DNA of 64,000 nt from Alphaproteobacteria bacterium (GTDB lineage Bacteria; Pseudomonadota; Alphaproteobacteria; JBFXJJ01), in contig JBFXJJ010000008.1 of NCBI GenBank assembly GCA_050175015.1, forward strand, positions 32,001 to 96,000, in the 5' to 3' direction. The notes beneath the pieces are model-generated. The model made no database searches and was not told the origin of the DNA. It saw nothing but the letters and a program-made list of their open reading frames with translations. Below, in pieces: positions 29,088 through 39,375 of this stretch (positions are counted from its first letter, which is position 1; every line of letters starts with the position of its first letter). The translations under genes were made by a program, and so were the position numbers.

Positions 29088-31038
29088 TTTGGTTTCCTCC
29101 TAAATCTTGATGGTTAAAATTGCTACCCTCTACATATCTACAACTGTTGTTTTCCAATTGTTTGCTAAGATAAATTTTATTATCTGGTAGAGGGTTTGTA
29201 GAGGGTTGGTTATGATTAAAGTTGTTGTTTTCTCTATGTTGTAGAGGGGTAGAGGGTTTAATCAGGTATCTGGAGAACGCATCTTTAAAATGCTCCTTGT
29301 GGTAACATTTTAAATTTTTATCATTCATTCTTTTTTGATGAGACTTAATGCCAAAATCTTTTAAGATTGCGGATAATTGAAGCGGGGTTATCGGTTGATT
29401 AAATCGCCATTCATTCCAAGGGCTTTCATCAATATCGGCAAGTTTTAAGCATAGCTCTTGAGAAGAAATAAAGCTTAATGGGTATTCTTTAAAAATATCT
29501 CTTATGTCGTTTAACAAAAGGGTTTTAATCGAGCTGTCATCATCAGCATAACCAATACTATCTGTGGTGTTCATCGCTATATTGGCAAGTTCTAGCCAAT
29601 CCCTCCCTGCAAGTTCAGCAATCGCTAAAAGAGGTCGCCAATTATCGGCGGTTCTATCATTTATCTGATTAGAGATTGTCGGGTCTGCTTCCTGAAGCTT
29701 TAAAAAGTTATCATCTGCAAAACGACTGCATTTTTGTTTTATAATGTTAAACAAAGAGCTTTTATCGCCTCTTAAGCGTTCAACAGTTTCTCCAGCAAAT
29801 TTTCTTCGCATCGTGATAATAATGCTTCTATCAGCTATGGTATCAGCGAGCTTGCCAATTCCTGCAATTGCACAAGGGCAGAAACAAGAAAAGATTCTAA
29901 CGCTATAACCTTTGTGGGCTTCAACATTGCGGATTACTCCGCCGCCTTTAATATGCCCTTCGTTAATAATGCCTCTAAGTTCCTCTTTTTCTTTTAAAAA
30001 AGCATCGGCTTCATCAATAAGTAAGGTTGGGGCATAAGCCTCAATGGTTCTAAACATTGCCGAAGCTGTAAGACTTGATACTCTTAAAGATTTACAACAA
30101 AGAAAATCCAAAAGCATAAGTAGGGTTGTTTTGCCGCATCTTTTTTCAGGGGAATGAATAAGAAGTCTTGGCGAATGCTCAAAAGCTTCAAAAGAGTAGG
30201 TGAACAAAACCCATAGAGCTAAAGTGGTTTCGGCATTTTCTGGCAAAACAAGATATTTTTTAAAGATGTCTCGAAGTTCATTTAAAACCTCAGCCCCATT
30301 AACGGGTTTTGAATATGGAGCTGGTCTTGGCAAACTAAGCTCTCTTCCTGCTAGAGCTTTGGTTTCTGTATTTTTTGTTTCTAAAAGAGTTCTTAAAAAA
30401 CTAATGGTTTTATTGTTGGGGATTTCATCAGCTAAATCCCAGCCTTCAGGAAAATAATCAGGAATTTTAACAATCGCTACTTCATTCTGTTTTTTTAAGA
30501 TTTTAAAAAGTTTAAGCATAGCTTGTTTGCCAGCTTCATCATTGTCAGCCCAAAGTTTAATTTTACGGTTTTGTAAAATACTCCAATTAGCTTTTGAGAT
30601 AGCATTAGCACCGCCAGCCCAAGTTAAAACAACATAATCAGGAAAAAGAAGCCTTGCACTATCAACAGTTTTTTCTCCTTCAACAATTAAGATGTTATCT
30701 TTTGGTCTTGCTTCCAAAAGTTCTTCGCCATAAAGAGGTCTTGGTTCAGAAAAGCCCTTCATGTGCCAAGCTGTTTTGCCATTTTCTAGTTTGCAATAAA
30801 TAAAAGGTCTAAATGTCTTTTGTTTAGTGCCATTAACTTTTTCATATCTGGCAATATAACCGACAAGCTTATTTTTAGCGTTTTTATAAGCATAAACATT
30901 TGTTGGCTCATTCCATTCCGCAATTTTAAAAGAAGGCTTTGGAGCATCACTAGGAACAGGAATAATCGATATTACTTCTGGCTCTTTTGTTAAGATGTTT
31001 GTTTTAGAAACATCTATTGGCTTAAAAAAATTAGTCAT
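29080..31038 (-). CDS. TOPRIM-primase + DUF3631 ATPase-like replication protein
   Basis: ILIVEGEKT and LWADNDEAG TOPRIM; SPEKRCGKTT Walker A; LLIDEAD; DRTADNWRPLLAIA. Confidence 0.85.
   Translation of the reverse strand: MTNFFKPIDVSKTNILTKEPEVISIIPVPSDAPKPSFKIAEWNEPTNVYAYKNAKNKLVGYIARYEKVNGTKQKTFRPFIYCKLENGKTAWHMKGFSEPRPLYGEELLEARPKDNILIVEGEKTVDSARLLFPDYVVLTWAGGANAISKANWSILQNRKIKLWADNDEAGKQAMLKLFKILKKQNEVAIVKIPDYFPEGWDLADEIPNNKTISFLRTLLETKNTETKALAGRELSLPRPAPYSKPVNGAEVLNELRDIFKKYLVLPENAETTLALWVLFTYSFEAFEHSPRLLIHSPEKRCGKTTLLMLLDFLCCKSLRVSSLTASAMFRTIEAYAPTLLIDEADAFLKEKEELRGIINEGHIKGGGVIRNVEAHKGYSVRIFSCFCPCAIAGIGKLADTIADRSIIITMRRKFAGETVERLRGDKSSLFNIIKQKCSRFADDNFLKLQEADPTISNQINDRTADNWRPLLAIAELAGRDWLELANIAMNTTDSIGYADDDSSIKTLLLNDIRDIFKEYPLSFISSQELCLKLADIDESPWNEWRFNQPITPLQLSAILKDFGIKSHQKRMNDKNLKCYHKEHFKDAFSRYLIKPSTPLQHRENNNFNHNQPSTNPLPDNKIYLSKQLENNSCRYVEGSNFNHQDLGGNQND
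29124..29258. repeat. GTAGAGGGTT iterons inside the 3' end of the replicase gene (putative oriV)
   Basis: Copies at 29187-29196, 29198-29207, 29249-29258, variant 29241-29250, inverted variant 29124-29133. Confidence 0.7.
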
Positions 31039-31355
31039 AGTTCTACCCCCAGCATTTGTGCGAGGTTGTGTAAGGCTTCAAGCTGGGTTGAGTTGGTTAA
31101 ATAAGCAGCTAGTGAAACAACATCGCTTCCCTTATCGCCAGTGGCAAAGTCTGCCCATTTACCAGTTTGTATATTTACTTTAAAAGAGCCCTTGCTCTTA
31201 TCGCTTCTGGTAGGGTTAAGTGCGATCCACTCGCAACCTTGCTTAACGCCACCAGGTAGCCATCTAGCTAAAATTGTAGGTAAAACCGATAAAGCAACAT
31301 TATTAACCTTTGCAAAATCCGCTTTACCCAAGTTGGATAAGTAAATTTTACTCAT
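31035..31355 (-). CDS. Primase zinc-binding-domain-like protein (separate N-terminal module)
   Basis: WLPGG...EW.ALNPTRSD...GSFKVN..TGKWADFATGDKGSDVVSL.AY. Confidence 0.75.
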   Translation of the reverse strand: MSKIYLSNLGKADFAKVNNVALSVLPTILARWLPGGVKQGCEWIALNPTRSDKSKGSFKVNIQTGKWADFATGDKGSDVVSLAAYLTNSTQLEALHNLAQMLGVEL

Positions 31356-31590
31356 AGGTTTTGCTGGTTTCTATGTCAGAAGTGGTGTTTTCTTCAAGAT
31401 AAGCTTTTAATCCGCTTAAAGGATAACGGACTGCATTGCCAATTTTAACGATTTTAAGCTTTACTCTTTTGGTGCAAGCCCAAACTGAAAGACTGCCCTC
31501 TGAAACGTTCAGATACTCTGCGGCTTCTTTTCTGGTTAATAAAGGGTCGTCATTTTTATAAGTGGTTTTAGTCTGTTTATTAGCGTTCAT
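31348..31590 (-). CDS. Excisionase / HTH_17 DNA-binding protein
   Basis: LLTRKEAAEYLNVS..SL..W......VKIGNAVRY. Confidence 0.88.
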   Translation of the reverse strand: MNANKQTKTTYKNDDPLLTRKEAAEYLNVSEGSLSVWACTKRVKLKIVKIGNAVRYPLSGLKAYLEENTTSDIETSKTYE

Positions 31591-31740
31591 AACGATAAAA
31601 TCTCCATAAAAAGGGTTAATGGAGATTATTTTCTGTTATGAATTATGCAGAAGTCTAATAGTTACTTTGCACGTGCAGAAAAAGCATGTAATTGTTTGTT
31701 TTATATAGTAAAAATAAATGTGCAGCCTGCATGCGTTACG

Positions 31741-32844
31741 TTACACTAACCCCTGTTTTATCCAATTTTTAAGAGTTCTGGTTTCAATAAGTTCTGTGCC
31801 TTCAGGAAAGTTACCTTTTTTGTGCTCGCTAGATATAGAATCTAAAACCTGCCTGATGTTGTTGGCATTGTTTTTTTCTTCAATTGTTTTCCAGCCCTTT
31901 TCTCTGTAAATTTCTTTAATTCTTCGTTTGATTGCTCCATATTTTTTTTCATTTTTTGAGTCAGCCGCTTTTTGTTTTATAGGGTCTTTTTCTGGTTTTT
32001 GAATTTCTTGGTTTATTATTGTCTGTTCGTCAAGATTTATAGTTGTCTGCTCTTCTTGTTTTATAAGATTATTAACCACCACAACAACAGAAGTGTCATT
32101 GCTTTCTTTTTGTTGTTCTTTATATACTGCTAATTGTCCTTTAGGAATTGCGTTTTTTAAGCTTTCTATATCAATCAAAACCTTATAAGCCTTTTGGTAT
32201 GGGTATATAAAAACTATAAATGAAAAAATAAAAAGCATTAAAATAGCAAAAATCATTAAAGAGCTGGCATCAGGCAGAAAGCGAACTGATAATATAACCG
32301 CTGTTGCAAAAAGAGCTAAAAATAAAAATCTTTTTATGTAGTGTAAAAGCTCTATTATGTATTGCAATATTCCTGTTGTTTTAAACACTAGATTTCTTGT
32401 AATAAATAAATTTTCTTCCCAATCTATATAAGTGCAGGTATTACCATTTAAGATATTTCTTTTGTGTTTAGGTAATTTTTGCTGTTTTTCTCTTCTTTTA
32501 AAAAAGCTGTCGTTACTTTCAATTTTATCAATACCATCTTTTTGATAGTATTTTTTATAATTAAAAGGTTTTGAAAGCTGAAAAAGGTTGCCAGTAAACT
32601 GCTCCCATATAAAGCTTCTGGTGTTATATCTTTGTGCTTCAAAGGACATGTTGCCGTGCAAAAGGTTGTTTTTTAAAATTTCTTTTCCGCAAGTTATTTC
32701 TTCTGGAGTAAATTCGCTATAATCAGGTTCTTTATACTCATTAAATGATATTTTAGTTTGCTTTTCGTTAAATTCAATTGGCTCTTCTGCCGTAACTGCC
32801 CATTTTAAAGCTTCAATTAAATCAGTATATTTTGCTGTATCCAT
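31741..32844 (-). CDS. Hypothetical protein with a two-TM segment, downstream of the integrase
   Basis: Open frame; hydrophobic hairpin FLFLALFATAVIL...LMIFAILMLFIFSFIVFIY; start taken at MDTAKY. Confidence 0.55.
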   Translation of the reverse strand: MDTAKYTDLIEALKWAVTAEEPIEFNEKQTKISFNEYKEPDYSEFTPEEITCGKEILKNNLLHGNMSFEAQRYNTRSFIWEQFTGNLFQLSKPFNYKKYYQKDGIDKIESNDSFFKRREKQQKLPKHKRNILNGNTCTYIDWEENLFITRNLVFKTTGILQYIIELLHYIKRFLFLALFATAVILSVRFLPDASSLMIFAILMLFIFSFIVFIYPYQKAYKVLIDIESLKNAIPKGQLAVYKEQQKESNDTSVVVVVNNLIKQEEQTTINLDEQTIINQEIQKPEKDPIKQKAADSKNEKKYGAIKRRIKEIYREKGWKTIEEKNNANNIRQVLDSISSEHKKGNFPEGTELIETRTLKNWIKQGLV

Positions 32845-32854
32845 TTTATTAGCC

Positions 32855-34159
32855 TTATTTATTTTCCAGTTGTTCAATAATATTAACCGCATCATCAATC
32901 GATTTTCTGATAGTATCTTGTTGAAGTCTAGCATAAACTTGGGTTGCTTGTTGCGACTTATGCCCTAAGGTTTTGCCGATAATTTCTAGGCTAACGCCGT
33001 TCATTGCTTGATAGCTTCCAAAGGTTCTTCTTATGTCGTGAAGTCTAACGTCCATTAAACCTTGCGGAAGAGCAATCTTTCTTTTTTTTGCTTCTCTTTT
33101 AACCGCATTAAAAATTCTTAAAACCGTGCAGGCATAGTTATCTTGGCTTTTTACTTCGGTTTCAACGTCATCAACTAATTGAGCTAAATTTGGGTCTTGT
33201 TTCCAAATAGCTATCGTTGCTCTTTTTCTAACTCTTTCCCAAGCCTTTCTTGGATCTTTATAGTAGTCATCAGCTTCATCATTGGCAAATACCCATTCAG
33301 AATTAGAGCTAATTTTGCGTTTTTTTAAAATATCAATAGCTTTTCTGGTTAAGGGTAGGGTGAGCGGGTCTCCGTTCTTGGTTTCTGGAATACGCCATTC
33401 TTCACGTTCCCAATGGATTTCTTCCCATTTCATAGTTAGAACGTTAGTTTTTCTTGCTCCTGTTAAAAGCGACATAAAAATATAATCTTTAGCGGTTTCG
33501 TTTTCTTCTTCTTTTAGGGCATCAAGCAAAAAGGGCATTTCTTGATGTTCAATAAACCTATCCCTTGATTTTTCTTTAAACTTTTTAATTCCATTTGAAG
33601 GGTTTTTGCCGTCCCAACCCCATTCAATAGCCTTGTTAAAAATAGCTCTTATTCGCTCTAAAATGCGGTTTGCCTGATAAAGCCCGTTTTCGTCTTTAAT
33701 TTTGTTATGAAGTTGTTGGATTTCATATTGTGAGATAGTCGAGATTTTGCGATTTAACCAATGAGATAAAAACTTATTAACTTCTCTTTCGTCATATTGC
33801 CAAGAGCGTTTATGTGGTTTGCTATATCGTTCCATATAATCTTTAAAAAGGTCTTTGAAGGTAGCTTCTTTTTGCATTTTGTGTTTATGCTCAAGAGGGT
33901 GAGTGCCTTCTGATATTTTAGCTTTAGCAATGGTTGCTTTTTTTCTAGCATTTTCAACCGTCATATCAGGAAAACTGCCAAGAATAACTCTTTCATCTTT
34001 GCCATCAATTCTTTTGCGAACAAAAAAAGATATAACCCCAGTAGAGGTTATATAAAGCTGTAAGCCTTTTTCTTTGGTGTCTTTATAAACCTCAGTTCCT
34101 TTTGATGGGGCTTTTAAACTTTGGATTGATGCTTTGGTAAAATTAAAAACTTTAGTCAT
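32855..34159 (-). CDS. P4-like tyrosine integrase of the inner IME
   Basis: N-terminal arm-binding domain (DTKEKGLQLYIT..G.ISF...LGSFPDMTVENAR); TGAR, LHDIRRT, LGHKS, VYA. Confidence 0.95.
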   Translation of the reverse strand: MTKVFNFTKASIQSLKAPSKGTEVYKDTKEKGLQLYITSTGVISFFVRKRIDGKDERVILGSFPDMTVENARKKATIAKAKISEGTHPLEHKHKMQKEATFKDLFKDYMERYSKPHKRSWQYDEREVNKFLSHWLNRKISTISQYEIQQLHNKIKDENGLYQANRILERIRAIFNKAIEWGWDGKNPSNGIKKFKEKSRDRFIEHQEMPFLLDALKEEENETAKDYIFMSLLTGARKTNVLTMKWEEIHWEREEWRIPETKNGDPLTLPLTRKAIDILKKRKISSNSEWVFANDEADDYYKDPRKAWERVRKRATIAIWKQDPNLAQLVDDVETEVKSQDNYACTVLRIFNAVKREAKKRKIALPQGLMDVRLHDIRRTFGSYQAMNGVSLEIIGKTLGHKSQQATQVYARLQQDTIRKSIDDAVNIIEQLENK

Positions 34160-34365
34160 ATTGTCGCACTCGAAAAATAATTGGTTGCAAAAGCTAAGAA
34201 ATAACAGTATTTTTTGTTAAATCTCATTGCCGCACCATTGCCGCATTTTGGATTAAAAAAGGGTAATTTTGGTTAATGGCAATTAAGGTTATAATAGGCT
34301 GTAAGTGTTGCAGAGTAAAGGAATATTAACATCTGTTAAAAGTCGTTAAGTACCCTTGTTTTTGC

Positions 34366-34410
34366 CTCATAACCTGAAGGTCGCATGGTTCAAATCCTGC
34401 CCCTGCAACC
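34366..34410 (+). repeat. Degenerate tRNA-fMet 3' half, attR of the inner element
   Basis: CTCATAACCTGAAGGTCGCATGGTTCAAATCCTGCCCCTGCAACC, followed by an AAGCCCG/CGGGCTT hairpin. Confidence 0.88.
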
Positions 34411-34553
34411 TAAGAAGCCCGCAGTCTCAACATCTTACGGGCTTATTTATCTGAAAATTATGTGTAAAAAAATACCAAAACTATGCTAGCGTAGTATGTA
34501 AAAGCAAGTTTTATCAACTTTGGAAAGTTTCAATCAATGATATTAAGACAAAA

Positions 34554-35387
34554 CTATTGATTTAAATTAGAGATGTTAGATACTAAATTATAAATAAACC
34601 AACCATCTCCTGTAATAAATGTCTGAGGTTTAGCACTCACGCCATCTTTATGAACACCTAAGCCGTCAGAATAAGGTATAAAAGAAACTATTTTATTGAA
34701 ATTAATTCTAAAGTTTTTTCTAGAACCTCCAAAATAAAGATTTTTATTTGTAATAGCTAATATCCCTGTATCGGCATATAAAGATTGCTCCGTTTGGATT
34801 CTTTCTCCTTTAAAGGCTCCTGTTCTATAATAAACACCTTTTGCAATGCGAATACTAAAACCACTGGAGCATCCGACATAATGTGTTTTTGTTTTTTGTT
34901 CGATATAATCAACATTTTGAAATATCCATATCAAGCTTTCGTTTTTTTGAAAATTAAAAGGTAAATTTCCTTCTATGGTTATTTTGTTAGGGATTTCTCC
35001 ATTTATGAGAGTTCTAATTACTGTTCCTTTAATTAGTTTTGTATAGTAACCGTTGTTGTTGACATCATATTGGGTTAAAGAAAATTTTTCTAAAATATCG
35101 CATAACAGGTTTTCTTCTTCTTCCGAAACCAGATCATCTTCAAAGGCAGTATCAATTGATTTTTCCCAACCAGTAGAGATAAAAAGTTTTTTATCAAAGT
35201 CTTTAATATAGCTAGAATCACATATTTCTTTAATATTATTAACCATATTGGTAATGTTTTTTGATATAAATGCGTTATGAATAATATCTATAACAGCATT
35301 TTTTCCTTCTAGATATTTTCTTTCACATTCTTTATGTTTTTTTCTAAGAAAACCAGCATCTTCTCCGCAATATTTACAAATGCCCAT
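34554..35387 (-). CDS. Hypothetical protein (N-terminal Cys/His knuckle, C-terminal PH-like domain)
   Basis: CKYC...HKEC; DTGILAITNKNLYFGG. Confidence 0.55.
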   Translation of the reverse strand: MGICKYCGEDAGFLRKKHKECERKYLEGKNAVIDIIHNAFISKNITNMVNNIKEICDSSYIKDFDKKLFISTGWEKSIDTAFEDDLVSEEEENLLCDILEKFSLTQYDVNNNGYYTKLIKGTVIRTLINGEIPNKITIEGNLPFNFQKNESLIWIFQNVDYIEQKTKTHYVGCSSGFSIRIAKGVYYRTGAFKGERIQTEQSLYADTGILAITNKNLYFGGSRKNFRINFNKIVSFIPYSDGLGVHKDGVSAKPQTFITGDGWFIYNLVSNISNLNQ

Positions 35388-35432
35388 AATGTCTCCATTA
35401 TTTTATGATGTATCACAAAAATTATATTGAGA

Positions 35433-35615
35433 TTATTTGTTTTTTTGATTTATTTCTTTTTCTAACTCTTCAAATTCTTCAGGGTCGGCATAGGCAATCT
35501 TGCCGTCTCGCCAGACAACAAGTTTTGTGCCAGTTTGTTTGGCAATTTTGATAGCCTCTAAACCGCCAGCTTTTATACCTTCAAGAATTTTATCAGTATT
35601 AATTACATCTAACAT
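35433..35615 (-). CDS. Small partner of the zeta-toxin-like kinase
   Basis: 60 aa, AKQTGTKLVVWRDGKI, 3 nt downstream of the kinase. Confidence 0.65.
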   Translation of the reverse strand: MLDVINTDKILEGIKAGGLEAIKIAKQTGTKLVVWRDGKIAYADPEEFEELEKEINQKNK

Positions 35616-35618
35616 AGT

Positions 35619-36206
35619 TTAAATCTCGCTTTCTTTAAGGATATTATCCCATATTTCTTTATTATAAACAATAATTTCGTTCTTTTCCTTCTTTGCTATC
35701 AGCTTGCCAGAATGAGGATCAACATTGTTATAAATTAAAGCCTTATCGGCAATAGGCAGATAATGATTGATAAGGTTTACAAAGCCTCTTTTATATCTGC
35801 GGATAATATCTTGTTTAGGTATATCGTGTCCGCCTTGTGAGACTCTTATTTTTACTCGTTCAATTGCCATATCAGAGGAAGGCAACCATAAAAAGATAAG
35901 TCCTATGGTATAACCACCTTCTTTAGCTTTTTTTAACTTGTCAAAAAAGGTTAGGCTTGAGCAGGTAGTTTCAAAAGCAAAGCTCTTTTTTGAAGCCATA
36001 AGACTGTCTATGCGGTTTAACATAAGTTTGCCTGCGGTTATGGCTTGCCCTTTGGGGTTAAGGGGATTTAAACCTCTTGCTATTTCATCGGCGTTTATAA
36101 ATTCATACATCGATAAAAACTTGGGAAGAAGAGTCATTGCGGTTGTGGTTTTGCCCGAACCGTTTGCCCCTGAAATCATGTAAATTGTTGGATTTTCATC
36201 TTTCAT
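35619..36206 (-). CDS. Zeta-toxin-like P-loop kinase
   Basis: SGANGSGKTT, FINADEIA, FAFETT, RVSQGGHDIP. Confidence 0.85.
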   Translation of the reverse strand: MKDENPTIYMISGANGSGKTTTAMTLLPKFLSMYEFINADEIARGLNPLNPKGQAITAGKLMLNRIDSLMASKKSFAFETTCSSLTFFDKLKKAKEGGYTIGLIFLWLPSSDMAIERVKIRVSQGGHDIPKQDIIRRYKRGFVNLINHYLPIADKALIYNNVDPHSGKLIAKKEKNEIIVYNKEIWDNILKESEI

Positions 36207-36209
36207 AAA

Positions 36210-39200
36210 TTAAACCTCACTCTCTTTATCTTTTTCAGTATCTGCTTCAATCACAGCTTTTATGTCTGCAATATGTTTTTTGGTAAAATATATTTTCATA
36301 TCTTTATCAGCTAAAACTACTTCAAGTTCATTTCCTTCAATTTCTTTAAACATTTCCAATATCAAATCATCAGAATCGTTTGCATGACAGAACATGGCTG
36401 AGTGATTAGGACAAAGAGCTAAATAATTTTGATAATGTCTTTTTTCTAAATCACTTCTTAAAAATTCGGTGGTCTCAAAATAGTAATTCCCATCTTTTAA
36501 TTTAAAAGGCAATTCCTTTTGGCATATTTGACATATCATTTTGCCGTCTGGGTTTGTGTATTGACTGATTAAATAATTTTTTGCTTCTTTTTTTACATCT
36601 TCACGGTTTGTTGATACTGAGCGAGTTCTTTTTTCGAATGTCCTTTCTGGGGCACTAGAGGCTTGTGCTCTAACTCTTTCTCTTCTTCTTTCTGGGTTTA
36701 ATGGCTCATCTTCTGGTAATTCAAAATTATCATCTTCTTCTTTTTCGGCTAAAATTCTTTCTTGTTCTTCTTCAGGTAATTCTGCAAAACGTCTCGCTCT
36801 TTCGGCTGAAGCAATATCTTTAAAACCTAGTTTTTTGGCGGCTTCTTCTTTCTCCTTTTTTTGTTCTAGTAATTTTAGTTTTTCTTCTATTTGTTTTTTT
36901 GATTTTTCTTCTTCTTCTAATTCTTCTTTTGTCGGCTCTCTTTTTGCGTTAAAGCCAAAATTTATAGCAAGCAAAAAGTTGTCGCCTTTATCATAAGAAA
37001 AGCCCTTTGGCAGCAAATCGCTAAAAGCCTTGTTTGGGGTTACAAAACTTATTTCTTTTGTTTCATTTTCTTGAGGTATCCATTCATTATTTTTAAGCAC
37101 TTTGATTAGGGTTGATTCTGCCATTCTTGGATCTACTGAACCATTGGGCTTATAAGATGCTTCAACTATATTTTGATACCACCAGTAATCTTTAGAAAAT
37201 GACGAGTCATTATTTTTAAGCGTATTCCATATTAGTTTAGAAACATTAATCTCTTTTTCTCCTAATACCTTTTCAAGATTGGGAATATGCCAGTCTTGAA
37301 AAGATTCATAATCTGTTACTCGTCCAGAACAAGACCAAACCAAGTTCCGTTGAAGACTTTTATCTTCTTGTTTTTCTATTGCTAGTTCAGTTTTAACACC
37401 CACATTTTTAAAAAAATCAACAAGTTTTTCTTTTTCAATTTTAAGCTTTAAATATTTATTGGATATTTTATGCAAATTATGACCTTCAAATGCAGAATAA
37501 AAAGCACTTAAGTTTGTTTCTTCATACGGGCTATCAATATATAATTGCTCAATTTTTCTCCACTTACCATTTTCACAAAGAATAATATAAGACTCTTCAA
37601 ATAAATCGGTTTCATCAGGATTTTTTTCTAAAAAATCAATAAAAATTTTAATGTCTTCAATTTTGGAAAATCTATTGCCAATCCAATACCGTTCTTTTAA
37701 AAAACACTCTATATATTCTTTCTCTCCAAACTCTCTAACGCCCATTTTTTCTAAAAATAATTTGGCATTTTTTTGCTCTGCTTGGTTTTTTCCTAAAGAA
37801 TATGTTTTAGGTTCAACTGTTGGGTAAGTATTTTGTTTTCTTTCTTCATTATAAAAAAAGCATTCATTTTCCGAGTTAAAATTACCATCAGTTAATTTTA
37901 TAATTTTGCATTTTTTAAGTTGCCATAAACTTGAATAGTCTTTTTCTACTATTTCATATAAAAAAGCATAAAAGTTTTGAAGCCATTCGTTAGTTTTTTT
38001 GCTTAGCCATTCTTTTGAAGTTTCTTCAATTTCATTTTTTGTATACTTTGCAGTCAAAGTTTTTATTAAATCTTCTTTATCCCATTTCTTTATTTGTAAG
38101 CTATTAAGAAACTTATCAGCATTATCACTTCTCTGCCGTGATGACATAACCCATAAAGGAGGCTGTTCATCATAATCAAAAAGAAATTCCATATCCTCAT
38201 TGGATAGCAAATCCTTTAATTTTCGATCTCCTTGCAATAAATATTTAGCAGGATAATGTGTTCGACAAAATGTGGGAGTTAATGCTTCATTGTTCATTTT
38301 ATCAATTATTTTTTCTCTGATTACTTCGTATTTATCAGAAATGTCGTCATCTCCATTAGGTAAAACATTTAAGAAATCGGTGTTCAAAAGATTTAAATCT
38401 TTGATTCTATGTAATGATTGAGCGGTTAAATCAGCTAATTGTTCATATAAGGAATCGTTTGCAGGGGTGTTTTTAATACTTGCTCTGCTTAATTCGGGAA
38501 CAAATGGTGCGTGGAGATGGAATCTTAATCCAGATATTTCTTTTTTAGCAGGGAAGAAAACGGAAACATTGGCAGGCTCGGCAACAACAATTTTCACTTG
38601 ATTTGATAAATCGTTATTAGCGTTAAATTCTTTTACCCCAGCTAAAAAATCAAGCGGAAAAGCAATGGCAACTTTTTGTTTTTCTAAACCTTTGACTGGA
38701 GCATCAAACTTTAGAAAATGTGAGCTTTCAGTGGTTTTACCATTTATTTGTTTTAGAATTTCAATATGGTTTGGAGAGTGTTTTGTTCTTAAAACTTCAC
38801 CAGATGTTTCTGATAAAATTTTCCAGCTAATTGTTTCAATGTTATTTAAGAATAGCAAAGTTGTTTCTTCAAGCTCGTTTAGCCCATCCTTGATTTCTTC
38901 AAAAGCATCTTCTTGGCTTTTTTTGTGATTATTAAATGGAAATTCAAATTTGGTTTTTTTTGAATTAATAGGACTTAATTCAAAAGGTAAAACCAAATCT
39001 GTTATTTTAAAGGAAAATGTAGGAGACCATATATGAGGTGTTTCAGAGTATGCAAAAACAGCTTTAAATCCTATTCCAAATCTTCCTATTTTGTCGTTGT
39101 CATCTGCCTTTGTTCCTTCGCCAATATCTGTAATTGCAAGAATATCTTTCTCATCAAAAGGTCTGCCGTTGTGTTCGAATATCAGTTTGTTATTATGTAA

Positions 39201-39374
39201 TGTAAAAGTTACGTCTTTAGCTTCGGCATCTTCTGCATTTTGCAATAGTTCGTATATAAAATGAGCACTATCTGGGTATAAGTCTTCAACGATTTTTCTT
39301 ATACCAGTGTGTTTTTTCAAAACCCGAGCTAATTCGTCTCGTTCCTCAACTCTTATTTTTTCTATGATATTCAT
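36210..39374 (-). CDS. Sacsin-like GHKL ATPase with C-terminal HNH-like/Zn domain
   Basis: ELLQNAEDA, HNGRPF, IGRFGIGFKAVF GHKL motifs; C-terminal CQICQ...LALCPNH; start taken at MNIIEK. Confidence 0.8.
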   Translation of the reverse strand: MNIIEKIRVEERDELARVLKKHTGIRKIVEDLYPDSAHFIYELLQNAEDAEAKDVTFTLHNNKLIFEHNGRPFDEKDILAITDIGEGTKADDNDKIGRFGIGFKAVFAYSETPHIWSPTFSFKITDLVLPFELSPINSKKTKFEFPFNNHKKSQEDAFEEIKDGLNELEETTLLFLNNIETISWKILSETSGEVLRTKHSPNHIEILKQINGKTTESSHFLKFDAPVKGLEKQKVAIAFPLDFLAGVKEFNANNDLSNQVKIVVAEPANVSVFFPAKKEISGLRFHLHAPFVPELSRASIKNTPANDSLYEQLADLTAQSLHRIKDLNLLNTDFLNVLPNGDDDISDKYEVIREKIIDKMNNEALTPTFCRTHYPAKYLLQGDRKLKDLLSNEDMEFLFDYDEQPPLWVMSSRQRSDNADKFLNSLQIKKWDKEDLIKTLTAKYTKNEIEETSKEWLSKKTNEWLQNFYAFLYEIVEKDYSSLWQLKKCKIIKLTDGNFNSENECFFYNEERKQNTYPTVEPKTYSLGKNQAEQKNAKLFLEKMGVREFGEKEYIECFLKERYWIGNRFSKIEDIKIFIDFLEKNPDETDLFEESYIILCENGKWRKIEQLYIDSPYEETNLSAFYSAFEGHNLHKISNKYLKLKIEKEKLVDFFKNVGVKTELAIEKQEDKSLQRNLVWSCSGRVTDYESFQDWHIPNLEKVLGEKEINVSKLIWNTLKNNDSSFSKDYWWYQNIVEASYKPNGSVDPRMAESTLIKVLKNNEWIPQENETKEISFVTPNKAFSDLLPKGFSYDKGDNFLLAINFGFNAKREPTKEELEEEEKSKKQIEEKLKLLEQKKEKEEAAKKLGFKDIASAERARRFAELPEEEQERILAEKEEDDNFELPEDEPLNPERRRERVRAQASSAPERTFEKRTRSVSTNREDVKKEAKNYLISQYTNPDGKMICQICQKELPFKLKDGNYYFETTEFLRSDLEKRHYQNYLALCPNHSAMFCHANDSDDLILEMFKEIEGNELEVVLADKDMKIYFTKKHIADIKAVIEADTEKDKESEV

Positions 39375-39375
39375 T

